Positions 36,610 to 49,398 of a stretch of DNA of 64,000 bases are shown in pieces; positions within the stretch are counted from its first letter, which is position 1; each line of letters opens with the position of its first letter. The position numbers and the translations under genes are program-made. Location: positions 8,680,001 to 8,744,000 of the forward strand of contig CM060733.1 in the NCBI GenBank assembly GCA_030704615.1, in the 5' to 3' direction. The notes under the pieces are model-generated. The model saw only the letters and a list, made by a program, of their open reading frames with translations. It had not been told where the DNA came from and did not search any database. The stretch is from Takakia lepidozioides (lineage: Eukaryota; Plantae; Bryophyta).

Positions 36610-37944
36610 ACAGCTTCTCGTCATTTGCCCCTAGGTCTCCAAAGCCTCCATCCCGCGCCATTGCTCTGCATATCCTGCAATCATCACACTCCACAACACC
36701 ACATGTCATTCAGCCATACTGTCGAACACTCCCTTTGCATCCTCAATGCACCCACATTTGGCATACATGTCCACCAGGGCAGTGTTCAGAATGACAGGTG
36801 CAATTCCAGATTTGATGATGCCACCATGCATCTCTTTGCCCTTTTCCAGGGCTGCCAGCTTGCACAAGCATTAAAAACACACAAACGTGATGTGGTTACA
36901 CTTCACCCCTTCCCCCAATCATTTGCTCATAGGTCTCCAAGGCCTCCATCTCGCGCCCCTGCTGTGCATATCCTGCAAGCATGGCATTCCATGACCCCAT
37001 ATCTTGTTCAGCCATACTGTCGAACACTCTCTTTGCATCCTCGATGCACCCACATTTTGCATACATGTCCACCAGGGTATTGTTCAGAATGACATGGGGT
37101 ACAACCCAGCTCTGACAATGTCACCATGGACCTCTTTGCCCTTTTCCAGGGCTGCCAGGCTTGCACATGCATTGCAAATGCACACAAACGTGATGTGGTT
37201 GGGCTTCACCCCTTCCCCCATCATCTGATCATAGGTCTCCAGAGCCTCCGTACCAAGTCCCTGCTGTGCATACCCTGCAAGCATCGCGTTCCACGACACC
37301 ACATCTCGTTTAGCCATAGACTTGTTGAAAACTCCCTTTGCATCCTTAATGCACCCACATTTCGCATACATGTCCACCAAGGCAGTGTTCAGAATGACAT
37401 CTGGTACAATTCCAACTTTGACGAGATCGCCACTGACCTCTTTCCACTTTTCCAGAGCTCCCCTGCTTAGAGGGCATTCCTACCACACCCAAGCTTGGTA
37501 AATCCTGCCAACATTATATTCCACGTGATCAAAGATCATTGAGGCATTCTGTTGAACACTTGGTGAGCATCCATGATGCTCCCACACTTAACATACATGC
37601 ATGTTGACAAGGGTGTTAAGTAGAAAAACATTTGGTGTGAATCTACTTTAGATAATGTGAGTGTGCATCTACTTTCCAGCTTCCAGACATTTCATCTTGA
37701 TGCACTTAAGCAAGAGACAAACATACATACCTGAATCTGCTGAAATGCCTCCTTGGTTTAAAGTCTGTAGAGCCTTAGTCAATCTGCCTGCCTCACACAA
37801 CATCTTCACATGCCCAGAAGTGCCAGAAGAGGCATTGTGGATTCCCTCTCTTGATCCTCTTTCAGAAGTTGTGGTCATGGTTGAGGTGCCTGGTTTACCA
37901 GCTGTGCTGCTGCAGCTACTGTCTTTAGTTGACCATCTACCCAT
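36610..37944 (-). pseudogene. PLS-class PPR pseudogene, 3'-truncated (no E/DYW seen)
   Basis: LVDMYAKCG / VVSWNAMLAGY / PNHITFVC motifs repeated at ~300-nt spacing with stops and frameshifts. N-terminus homologous to the PPR gene at 51374. Confidence 0.88.
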
Positions 37945-38142
37945 GTAGGTTTCTTGTAGCTATTGATCCACAGGGAATCATAGGTAATCTTGAGCTTGAA
38001 ATCTAGCCTTCTTAGATGAATCTGGACCCACACTCTATCCCTGCTCCTTCAACTATCCATGCCTCTGCACAAATCATGCATACATCCTTGCCTTGCAGCT
38101 GATAATGACTCCTCTAGTCATGTTCATAATCAAAAACGCCTT

Positions 38143-38590
38143 CACGACCGAGGTCCAAACCCAGAAACCTTGAACTGGAGTGGGTTCAAGGAACTGATGA
38201 AGAGACAGTTTGTGCCCCTCAACGCGTCCTGGCTCGCCCGGGACAAGATGAGGAATCTGAAGCAAACGGATGACATCCGGGGATATGTTCGGGCTTTCAA
38301 TGTGCTGTTGCTCGAAGTCGCAGACATGGCAGAACTAGAAATGGTCTTCAACTTTGTGGCGGGACTGGCCCCGTGGGCCAGACGGAAGTTGGAGGAGAAG
38401 CCACCTAAGACTTTGAATGAGGCAATTGAGAGGGCTGAATGTTTCTCGGATGTCCCTAGGGGCGAAAGACAAGGCCGTACGGAGCTGAACCACAAGAAGA
38501 CCCGGCGGGAGGGTGACTTCTTTCGACCGGAAAAGAAGTGGGATAGGCCACGCGGCGACAATGACACGTGGAAATCAAAGGGATGGTCTT
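38143..38590 (+). mobile_element. Ty3/gypsy gag fragment
   Basis: WSGFKELMKRQFVP...ARDKMRNLKQTDDIRGYVRAF...FVAGLAPW...PKTLNEAI, a retrotransposon gag signature. No 5' LTR. Confidence 0.85.
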
Positions 38591-38620
38591 CACATCTGCA
38601 TATAAGTGCTTGGAACATAC

Positions 38621-38782
38621 CATAACAGTCAATGGAGAGCCGCACATTCCCACATTAAACACGGCACACAATGAGCCAATTACCAACTTTCGTCGGGATT
38701 TGTCATGCGTGAAAGTCAAGACCATCACCATTACAAATGTGAATGATACTAGCAAAAGCACCATAAGCCTCAACATCTTCAC
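38621..38782 (-). pseudogene. SWEET: Isolated SWEET (MtN3) sugar transporter exon, 162 nt
   Basis: VKMLRLMVLLLVSF...RRKLVIGSLCAVFNVGMCGSPLTVM, bounded by TTGCAG and GTATGT. Corresponds to TM4-TM5 of SWEETs. No other SWEET exons recognised. Confidence 0.8.
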
Positions 38783-39219
38783 CTGCAACAATAGCCAAAA
38801 TTTTATCCTAGATTGACGATTTGCTGATATGACAGACCATGAGTAGACAAATTAAGCATTGAATCTGGAACTTTGTAGTGCATACACATGAAATGGTCAC
38901 TCATCAGGACCTAACGATCTGGCTTGAGGAGCATATGGTTCTTACGGACTATAGATAGCAAAGAGCTGGACTGAAGAGATGACAAAGTCTTCCAAGAACC
39001 TACGCATGCATGCTCGTTCAAAAAACATGCTCAAGAGTATACGGTCGAACCACTTCGCATGAATCGTAATATCAATTGACTGGTTTCAAAGAAATATACA
39101 TGTACGTTCGAAGGAAGGTATGTACGTTTCAGTCGACCCTCATTTTCAAGAAGTTGTTTCTCATGAGTCTACGAACCAGGTAACAGTTCTCTTGTTGGAT
39201 GATTCATGATTAATCGTTA

Positions 39220-39610
39220 ACGATTGATCTCATATTACACTGGGACCTATCAGAGGGTACATTGAACACACTGGCCAAGTTTCAAAGCGAACGAAAATCA
39301 TTTGGATGGGCAACCATCCGTTGGCCCATTGAACAAATTTCGGTTGATCTCATATTACTTTGGGGCCTCTTCCATGGTACATTGAACATACTAGCCAAGT
39401 CTCAAAGCGAACCAAAATCATTTCGATGGCCAACCATCCGTTGAGCCATTGAATGAATTTCGATTGATCTGATATTAGTCCGGGACCTGTGAGAGGGTGT
39501 CTCAAACGTACTGGCAAAGTTTGGAAGCAAACAAAAATGATTTGGATGGGCAACCATCCGTTCACCCATTGAATGTATTCTGTTGGATCTGCTATTACTT
39601 TGGGACCTGT
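39220..39610. repeat. 120-bp tandem repeat, ~3.2 copies
   Basis: GATCT-CATATTA-type landmarks at 39226, 39346, 39466 and 39586. Confidence 0.9.
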
Positions 39611-40211
39611 TGGACTGCGTTTCGCGTGCTCATGTTTTTTTTTTCATTCCATTTTTGAATGGGGCGTGTAATGACTCCATATGCAACATGCGTGCCAATT
39701 TTAGGAACGATCAAAATTCATTTGGACCCAAAACCACAGTTTCTTGCCCGTTTTGCACTCCAAACTTGATTTGTGCTCTACTTCATGCATTCTTTATAGA
39801 GAGTTTTGCAATAGTGAGCGAAGAGAACATATTTTTTTTTGGGGCATTTTTTATTGGACCAAATTTTGGCGGGGGAGTAGCAGTGGGATGCTTGAAGCCG
39901 CAAAACAAAATTGAGCCAAAAACAAAATCGATACGTGCCAAAAACCCCCAATGAAAGGCAGTGCAAATCTATTTATTGGCTTAAAATTAATTTAAATGCA
40001 ATTACGTTATGGAATGGCTTGGTGTCGATGGGGAGGCAAATGTTTTATTCGTCTGTTGTGTCTCCGCACATGTGTCGCACACATGTTCAAGCACATGCGA
40101 GCAAAAGAGGGGCTTCAACCACATCCGTTCAATGGGTACAATAGTCGTGCACGCATTGCATGATTTCTTTTTTCGCAATGAACAAAAACCAGATGACAAC
40201 TGAACGCCTCA

Positions 40212-40444
40212 TTGGCCCATTGAACGAATTTCGATTGATCTCATATTACACTCGGACTTATCAGAGGGTACATTGAACACACTGGCCAAGTCTCAAAGCG
40301 AACGAAAATCATTTGGATGGGCAACCATCCGTTGGCCCATTGAACAAATTTCGGTTGATCTCATATTACTCTGGGGCCTCTTCCATGGTACATTGAACAT
40401 ACTAGCCAAGTCTCAAAGCGAACCAAAATCATTTCGATGGCCAA
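40212..40444. repeat. Second block (~2 copies) of the same 120-bp repeat
   Basis: Landmarks at 40237 and 40357; near-identical to 39226-39433; ends abruptly at the gypsy pol junction. Confidence 0.9.
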
Positions 40445-43400
40445 AGACAAGTGAAGGGGGAAGGCAATGGGGAGCCGAGCCCAGATTGGATCAAGGGGAT
40501 TTTGGAAAAATACCAGGATGTGATGCCGGAGGATTTACCAAGCGGCTTGCCACCGCGAAAGGGAGTTGACCACAAGATTGAGGTGATACCGGGATCGGAG
40601 CCGCTTGCCAAGGCACCCTACCGGTTGAGCCACACTAGAGAGTTGGTCGAGCTGAAGACTCAGCTCAAGGATCTAATGTCAAAGGGGTACATCCGGCCGA
40701 ATAAGTCACCTTACGGAGCCCCGGTGCTATTCGCAGACAAGAAGGATGGGACGCTGCAGATGTGTGTCGACTACAGGGCTCTGAATAAGGTGACTATCAA
40801 GAACCGGTACCCTTTGCCAAGAATCGACGACCTCTTCGATCGGTTGGCATGAGCGAAGTATTTCAGCCGGATCGATTTGTGCTCCGGCTACCATCAAATC
40901 CGAGTGGCGGAAGGAGATGAGGAGAAAACCATGTGCAAGACAAGATATGGTTCGTATGAGTTCTTGGTGATGCCTTTTGGACTCACCAACGTACCCGCGA
41001 CCGTTAGCACGCTGATGAACAGCCTTTTCCAAGAGTGGCTAGATGACTTTGTGATCGTGTACATCGACGACATCTTGGTATACTGAAAAACAAAGGAGGA
41101 GCACCTGAAGCACCTCAAAAGGGTGTTCCAGAAATTGCGGGAAGGGAAGCTGTATGCCAAAGCTTCAAAGTACGAATTCGGGGTCATCAAAAAAGTGGAG
41201 TTCCTGGGGCATGTGTTACACACAGGATGGGATCAAAATGGATGACAGAAAGGTGAGGGCGATCTTGGACTGGGAGCCTCCGACTTTGGTCCGGGAGGGA
41301 GTGCGATCCTTCCTAGGACTCGCCTCCTATTACCGGAAGTATGTGAGAAATTTCACCAAGATCGCGGGGTCGCTGTCAGACCTTCTGTGTAAATCCAAAA
41401 TCTGGGTATGGAACACCTTTTGTGGTCAAGCTTTTGCCGAGTTGAAGCAGCGGATGGCAGAAGCTCCAGTCCTCAAAATCCCGGAGTTCGACCGTCCATT
41501 TGAGATTCATACGGATGCATCGGACTTTGCTATAGGGGGGGGTGTACTCATGCAGGATGAACGTCCAGTGGCTTACGAAAGTAAGGAAACTGAATGAAGT
41601 AGAGCGACGTGGCCTACGCATGAGAAGGAAATGAAGGGTGGTGGTGCATGCCTTGAGCTTTTGCGCCACTATGCTGGTTCCAACCTGGTGAAGGTGTTCA
41701 CGAACAATGTTACGGTGAAGTATTTTGCTACGCAGCCTAAGTTGTCCCCAAAACAACTTAGGTGGCAAGATACTTTGGCGGTCTTCGACGTGGATATCCA
41801 GTACAAACGGGACGAGACAATGTGTGTGGCCGATGCTCTAAGTAGAAAGCAGCAGCTTATGTTGGTGTACAGGGGCGAGACGACGCTCCAAAGGAAGATC
41901 CGGAGGCTTACCGGAAGGATGAGATGGCAAAGTCCGTGATGCGGGACTGAGGATTGGGGGTTAAACGCAGTTTCACTTGAAAATGGACTGCTCCGGTATA
42001 AGCAAAAGCGTCTCTACGTGCCGAAGGGAGGGATCAGAGATAGTCTCTTGAGAGAAGGCCATGATGGCCCGCTTGCGGGCCACGGCGGAACGAAGCGCAC
42101 CGCGGCACTCTTGAAGAAAGAGTATTTCTGGCCCAAACTGAGGGAGGAGGCCGAGGAGTATGTCAAGACATGCACCACATGCCAACAAAACCGGAGCGAG
42201 TACAAAAAGCCAAGGGGGGCGTGTGTTAAACCCTTGCCGATTCCAGAGGGGTCTTGGGAAAGTGTCTCGATGATTTCATGACTGCTATGCCGCTGTTAAA
42301 AGGATTCGATGCAATCATGGTGGTGGTGGATAGGTTCAGTAAAATGGGCATTTCATCCCCAACAAGGAGACGACAACGGTGCAGGAGACGAGACGACTTT
42401 ACTTCGCCCATGTCTTCAAGCATCATGGACTCCCGAAGGATATTGTCTCGGACCGCGATCCAAAGTTTACGAGTAAATTCTGGAGGGCACTTTGGAAGAA
42501 GATGGGGACGAGGCTCAAGATTAGCCCGCCTTCTGACCTACGACGGACGGCCAAACAGAAAGGGTGAATTCCGTGGTGAAGCAGATCTTGCGGAATTACG
42601 GTCGGCAGGACCAATCGGACTGGGGGTGGAGCACTTGATGCGGCAGAGTTCTGTTATAATAACACAAAACATCCACAACAGGAGTTTCCCCTTTCGTATT
42701 GGTCTATGGAAAAGCACCTCTGGTTGCCGACAAGTTGGGCCGCCCAAGACGCTGAGGAACAATGAGCAGCGCAGCGGTTACTAAGAGAACGCAAGCGTTG
42801 TTGAAGCTTGCAAAAGTATAACATTGCCAAAGCTAGAAAACGGTATTGAACGGCAGACGAATCGGAAGTGGAGGGAAGTAGTAAGTTTGAGAGGCAGAGG
42901 TCTGGTGGGTTGAACATCAAGAATTTTCGACTACCTCGGAAGTGAGTCCGAAGTTCGTACCTCCGTATGCGGGATCCTTTCGCATCTCGGAAAGTTATGA
43001 ATGAGATTGTGTATGAATTGGAGCTGCCGGGCAAACAGCAAGGTGCATCCGGTATTCCACGTCTCCATTTTGAAGCCGTTACTTCAGAGATGAGCGCGTC
43101 CGAATCGGCATCAAGTGTTGCGTCCGCCACCTGTGCTGTTGGATCATGAAATGAACCTGAGTACGAGTGGAGGGCAGTAGATTTGTTTTAGTACGAGTCT
43201 TACCGTTGAGGAGGTTAAGAATCGATAACGAACATAGGAGTATTCGTCAAAAACATCATGGGAGGCATCTTGGGTGCGTGCCTCAGAAATGGGAAACACA
43301 TCCGAGGCGTTGCAGCTTTCGAAGGGCGACCTCAAAGCGGAAGAAGCGTTGATGGGGACATCAACCTTAGATCGTGGGGGAGGAAATGCATGCTTAGCCC

Positions 43401-43800
43401 GGCTTAGTTAGCTCAGGAATCCGATTGCAAAAACTTGTGTTGTACAAATTTTGTTATAAATGAAATGTTTCCAAATGTTGCACCTCCTATTTTTTGGAAT
43501 GGTGATGCATGGTATGGTTGGCTAGTGTGAGAATGCATGCTAGTTTACAAGGGGGCGCGCGAGCCGGAAAGCGACCAAGGAGTGGGGAGCTATTCCGACT
43601 GCATCTACCAAGGGAATTTCCACAGGCCCAAATTGGTGGAGGGTCTGTTGGGGGAAGAAAGCGGGACCTTTATTTCGCCGTGAGGCAGCCGAAGCTCCGA
43701 GTGGCCCGGCGGCCAGGTTGGGAAGTTAGGCGCGCGCATCAAAGCGATAACTATGACTTTAAGGGGAGCTTACCGAAGTAGGTGCGTGCGGATATTCTAG
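40445..43800 (+). mobile_element. Ty3/gypsy (chromovirus-like) pol: RT, RNase H, integrase, chromodomain remnant, PPT and probable 3' LTR
   Basis: CVDYRALNK...[56 protein letters not shown]; EPEYE chromodomain-like start at ~43153; PPT GGGGGAGGAAA at 43376-43386. Many indels; right boundary approximate. Confidence 0.88.
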
Positions 43801-43832
43801 AGAGGTTGACCACAGATCCTCCAAATACTTAC

Positions 43833-46749
43833 ATTTGTTGTATGAAGGGTTCAACCCAACATCTCCAGATTCAAAGTCATACACAGACTCTGGGTCAAGC
43901 GGGTCCCCGGTTCTTCTCTTCGATTAAGACCTCCAAAAGGAAATGACTGGGTTGCGGACAAAAGGTTTCGCACTTGGGTGTTCCACCTTGATGTATCATC
44001 TTCAGTATCAAGTATCAGAATTCACGCGGCAAATCCCGCGTCAAGTCTGCTAGGTTCACCCCTAAGTGCAGCTGGGCTGAGTAATTCACCAACCTGCGAC
44101 CAAGATACAACGACAGATTGACTTGAATTGATGTCCTCGTCATGTACATTGTCGTTTTGTGAGGCGGAAATTGAATGAATTCGAGGTTTAACCATCTCCT
44201 CATCCTGTAACACAGAGGGCCCATCACTCGTCTGCGCGCCCCCTGTATCACATTGTGGAGGGGCCCCATACACAACTTCGTGAAGCTCACGTTGAGCCTC
44301 AAAAAGGTTTTTGAACGCATTGGCGACTTTGATTGTCATGAGCTCGACTCATCTGCATCGGGGAAAAGACAAAGGTTTTTAGTCGTGGAACGAGGTTTTG
44401 AAAGTGCAAGGGTTACACTATGTAAGGTGTACACTGACTAGGACAAGACAGTGGTTCGGATTACACGATGTGGGTTACACCCCCTGTTAGAGACAGTAGT
44501 TTTGCAATGGGTTACACTACGGGGTTACACTAGTTAGATTACACAACGAGAGGTAACAAATCTAAGGTAACACAGCGAGGGGTAACATTAGGGGTACACT
44601 AATTACAGGGTTACATACTCCAAGGGTTACACTGATTCCAGGGTTACACATAGCGAGGGTTACACTGAGTACAGGATTCCACATAGCGAGGGTTACACTG
44701 ATTACAGGAATTACACCACAAAGCGGTGTACACGACGAGAGGGGTGACAGTGGATGGAGTCACCTTACAGAGAACCAAGGCACTACAGACCCAAGGTCTC
44801 TCATATACGGATGCCCAAACGCACATTGAAGTCCATTTCTGTTGGTGATTCGCTGAAGAGGCCACAACAACAAAGCTGGAATAAACGATTCTTCTGAAGG
44901 ATCGCAAAGTGCATGGGCGGCGCGACGACGGCTTGCCTTGCAAAACTGTATAGCTCCGTTGATCTTAACTGACCTGTCACCCCACTCTTCTGTACTCAAA
45001 CTCGATCTTAAGTCCTCGAGCTTAGAATCCAAGGTCGCAATTCCGTCACTAGGTTGTGCAAAGTACATCAGACTAAAGCCGTAATACTCATTGACCAGGT
45101 CCTTCACCTTTGAGGCCGTAAGAGCACTTTCCAGAAAGTCAGTCGTGAATCCAACCTGGGTGCATTTGGGAAACTGACCTGCCATGATTTCTTACAATCG
45201 TTGTGGGCCAGAATTCTCAAAAGGAGTGTTGGCGGTCCAATTTTTTGTGCGGTTTGGTGAGATTCTCTTTGACTGATCAATCCTTCCGCAAGATCGCAAG
45301 TGAATTCCAACGGATCTGGAACAACCAAACCTTTGATTCCATCTACAATAATAGTGATGACAAGAGGATTTGAGGTTCTGGCATCGTCAAGGTCGGTATT
45401 GCCAACAGCTGGTTCGTCCATCGTGTCATCATCATGTTGAGCTTGGCTCTCTCGATGGACTTGTGTAAGTCTCCCACCTTTGTTCTTTTCGCTGCTTTGG
45501 CATGTCAGGATGCCCAATGCTCTCCAAATACTCTCTTCACCAGATTCAATTCCTCTATCATTAACGGACCATATCCGGCTGGGCCGTAAACCCTTGTGGG
45601 CAGCAACAACACTATCCATATCATCGCTTCTAAGATGATGGCGAGCTCCCTGCGCAATACAGCGTGAGGGTTACACCAGAGAAAAGGTTACAGCCGAGGG
45701 GTTACACATGAAAAAAATGGGTTACAAGGAAGGTGGGCTACACGGGGTTACACAGAGGTGGTTACACACCATAGGGATTTTTAAAAGGGGTCCTCTGTAG
45801 GTGGGTTACAACTCTAGTGTTACACGCCCAGAGAGACATGGGGGGTAAAACAAAGGTTTAGCACGATAGACAACAGCCCTAAAGTTGAAAAACATAGAAA
45901 TGACAGGGATGAAATCTAATTGATGTCCGTCGATAGAACCCAACTGATTTTGTAGCTATCGCATGGACTGGCACCCTCGCCTCGCCGCAACAATTCTTGG
46001 AATGCCGCCAAAACCCCTTCTCATTGACATTCGGGAAATGGGAACTGAGGAATAAGGCCAATACAGTAGCAGAAGGATTGAGCCTGGAGTTCGCTTTCGC
46101 AAGATGAACCTTGAGCTCTGGTTTCCCCGGTTTGCAATGTTGATGTTTCTTTGCAATAGGGACAGTAGAGGCGGGCTCAATCGCCGCTTGTCTCTCTCGT
46201 TAGGAACCTGTCCAAAAACAAAAAGGATAGGACACAACACAGCAGGAAAACACCAGCACAGAAGACTAATAGATGGAACCTACTATCGCCAGAATAGTAG
46301 CCGACAGAAGGGTACAACACTCCAAAAGCACTTCAATGGATCTGCATCTCACCCAAAGCCACCCTATTGTGGGCAGAATCCATGTAATATGCATCAACAG
46401 AAGAATGCTGGAACAGAATTCACCACATTTTTCAACAGCCATGGCATGCTGAGCTCCGCATTAGGAACGGTTTTGTTCCTTTTTGGTCTGGCCATACATG
46501 CGGCCGTTCCATCGACAATGTGCCGATTCAATCTGCTCTTATCTACCTTTACTTCCCCACAGTAAGGACATTTCAACTTAGCCTGGCCCTTTGCTCCCTC
46601 CACCTTGGCCTCTCTACACCTGGTGTGGCAGTACGCGATCATTGTAGCATGCTCATGCTCAGTGTACCAGAAGCGAACTCGTTCGCCATCCTTCTTCAAG
46701 TGATCAATGGAATAGTAGCCTCTCCAGGGAACAGATAACAATCAGCCAT
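43833..46749 (-). pseudogene. Unknown multi-exon protein with an N-terminal C2H2/C2HC-like zinc finger; putative exons 46749-46424, ~46046-45930, 45649-44764, 44352-43833
   Basis: KCPYCGEVKVDKSRLNRHIVDGTAAC. The large exons are bounded by AG/GT. The motif arrays fall in the predicted introns. Frameshifts and TGA stops indicate decay. Confidence 0.4.
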
Positions 46750-48039
46750 GGCAAAAGAAAAGTTGATAGAAGAGAAGAGAAGAAGAGCAAAGTCAAGACA
46801 AGACCAGAGAATTCCGAAGAACGCACAGCAGGGAGCACGCACAGCAAGGAGTGCAGGCAGAGAATAGGAACAGGGCTGTGAGAAGGGAAAAACTAAAGAA
46901 TGATCAAAGAACGAAGAACGAAGCTAGCTAGATGTCACCCGTAAGGCACGTCGGTTAAGCAAAAGACGACGGTTCATTAAAATCTGACAGCTTGCAATCA
47001 ATTATATCCGCACTGACTCACACGTGTATGAGTTGCAATCCCGGTGTCACCCGGAATAACGGAGTGTAACCCTACACTTGTGAGCGCGACAAACCAGCCG
47101 TTACCCACATGCGAGACACGTCAAGTGTAACCCTCCATCATGTACCCACATATGATGTAACCCTTCGTCACAACCTCATGTACCCCTAGTCTATGTGACT
47201 CCCGAACACAACATCGATGTAAACCTGTCATATCAAACCATTAGTATGCAACCTCTAGGTAAACATGGTCAGTGTAACGTCCCACCCATGTAACCCTAGC
47301 CTATGTGGCTCCGCGAGCGCAACATCCACGTAACCCATCAAACATGTCAACCCCATCTAAACCTCCATTACTAAACCGTCTACCAAGCCACCATGTATTG
47401 AGAAAGAAAACACCGTGTAACCCCCTGTGTGTAACCATAGCACACGTGACGCAGTCATATAAACCATCAGTCATGTAACCGGTTGACAGTGCTTGCAGAA
47501 CACGCAGGATTCGATACGTATTGCATCCAGAATAGCGATGAGTAGGCTGCCCCGGCTGGTGTGTGAACAAAAGATACACGAGAGGAAAGTGAATGGGCAC
47601 CCCGTTAAATGAGCGGCTGCTTGCATGGCTAGACCGAAAGAAACAAAACCCTTTCCTAATGCGGATCTCACGAATACCATAGCCATCGGGGACGGTGACA
47701 AAACAACAAGAAAGACATTGAGAAAGAAAAAAGATAGAGACAACCGTATCAATCGTAGAGAAAACCGTAGTAATATATTTGCCGGATCGTTGCACGGAAA
47801 GCGTTGTCTTGCATGTTGCTGGGAGGGCGATACTGAACTGAATGAACTACAAATCTTTCGCATTGATGTGTAAAGCTGATTGGGCGCCACGGGAATTGCA
47901 GAAAGCTGATGCCCCAAAGCGAAAAAACGAGCGAGCTAGGAATCTGAAAAACGGATGGAGAGAGCAATTAGGGTTTCGGCCTCCATTTCAACCTCCATTC
48001 GGCCGTTGGATAGTTTACACGTGTATGATGTACACGAGG

Positions 48040-49345
48040 CGGAGTTACAGAGGGTTACATGGGTTACAGAGGGTCACAGAGGGTTACATGGGTTACAAAG
48101 GGTTACAAAGGGTTACATGGAGTGAGGGTTACATAGGGGTGAGGGTGACACTCTGCGGTGTTACAGAGGGATACACGGGTTACAGAGGGTTACATGGTGG
48201 TGAGGGTTATAGAGGGTCACAGAGGGTTACATGGAATGAGGGTTATATGGGGGTGAGGGTGACATTCTGCGGTGTTACAGAGGGTTACATGGTGGTGAGG
48301 ATTACACCTGGTGAGGGTTACAGAGGGTTTCATGGAGTGAGGGTTACATAGGGGTGAGGGTGACACTCTGCGGTGTTACAAAGGGATACACGGGTTATAG
48401 AGGGTTACATGGTGGTGAGGGTTACAGAGGGTCACAGAGGATTACATGGGGATGAGGGTGACACTCTGCGGTGTTATAGAGGCTTACATGGTGGTGAGGG
48501 TTACAGAGGGTTACATGGAGTGAGGGTTACATAGGGGTGAGGGTGACACTCTGCGGTGTTATAGAGGGTTACATGGGTTACAAAGGGTTACATGGATTAC
48601 AGAGGATTACATGGTGGTGAGGGTTACAGAGGGTTACATGGAATGAGGGTTACATAGGGGTGAGGGTGACACTCTGCGGTGTTACAAATGGATACACGGG
48701 TTACAGAGGGTTACATGGTGGTGAGGGTCACAGAGGGTTACATAGAGTTAGGGTTACATGGGGATGAGGGTGACACTCTGCGGTGTTATAGAGGGTGACA
48801 TGGTGGTGAGGGTTACACCTGGTGCGGGTTACAGAGGGTTACATGGAGTGAGGGTTACATAGGGGTGAGGGTGACACTCTGCGGTGTTATAGAGGGTTAC
48901 ATGGGTTACAAAGGGTTACATGGATTACAGAGGATTACATGGTGGTGAGGGTTACAGAGGGTTATATGGAGTGAGGGTTACATAGGGGTGAGGGTGACAC
49001 TCTGCGGTGTTACAAAGGGATACACGGGTTACAGAGGGTTACATGGAGTGAGGGTTACATAGGGGTGCTGGTGATACTCTGCGGTGTTACAGAGGGTTAC
49101 ATGGTGGCGAGGGTTACAGGTGAGGGTTACATGTTGAGGGTTACAGAGGGTCATGGGGTTACATGGGTTAAGAGGGTCACGGAAGATTACATGGGTTGCA
49201 AAGTTTTACAGAGGGTCACATGGAGTGAGGGTTACATAGGGGTGGGGGTGACACTCTGTGGTGTTACAGAGGGTCATGGGGTTACATGGGTTGTAGAGGG
49301 TTGCAGAGGGTTACATGGGTTACAGAGGGTTACATGGTGGTTAGT
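48040..49345 (+). repeat. G-rich compound minisatellite built from (A/G)GGGTTACA units
   Basis: Landmark GTGACACTCTGCGGTGTTA (with variants) occurs 11 times from ~48145 to ~49248 at irregular spacing. A ~328-bp higher-order duplication (~48500-48700 vs ~48830-49030). Confidence 0.92.
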
Positions 49346-49398
49346 GGTTACTGGCGGACTGGTGTCGCAGAACGATGACGACGCGCCGGGGGCGACGA

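Larger units (their letters stand above)
43810..49350 (-). mobile_element. Unclassified element with GGTTACA motif arrays and a decayed multi-exon gene
   Basis: GGTTACA/TGTAACC clusters at 44410-44720, 45668-45830, 47060-47480 (inverted) and 48040-49345, alternating with motif-free coding-like blocks. No TIR, LTR or transposase recognised. Confidence 0.45.

Noticed and set aside
41100-43800. Programmed frameshifting in gypsy pol
   Set aside because: Indels are numerous, scattered and increase toward the 3' end; decay or low consensus accuracy explains them better.
48040-49345. CRISPR array or true telomere
   Set aside because: The intervals between landmarks are made of the same motifs rather than unique spacers, no cas genes are present, and the context is eukaryotic. 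It is not a pure TTTAGGG/TTAGGG tract and is internal.
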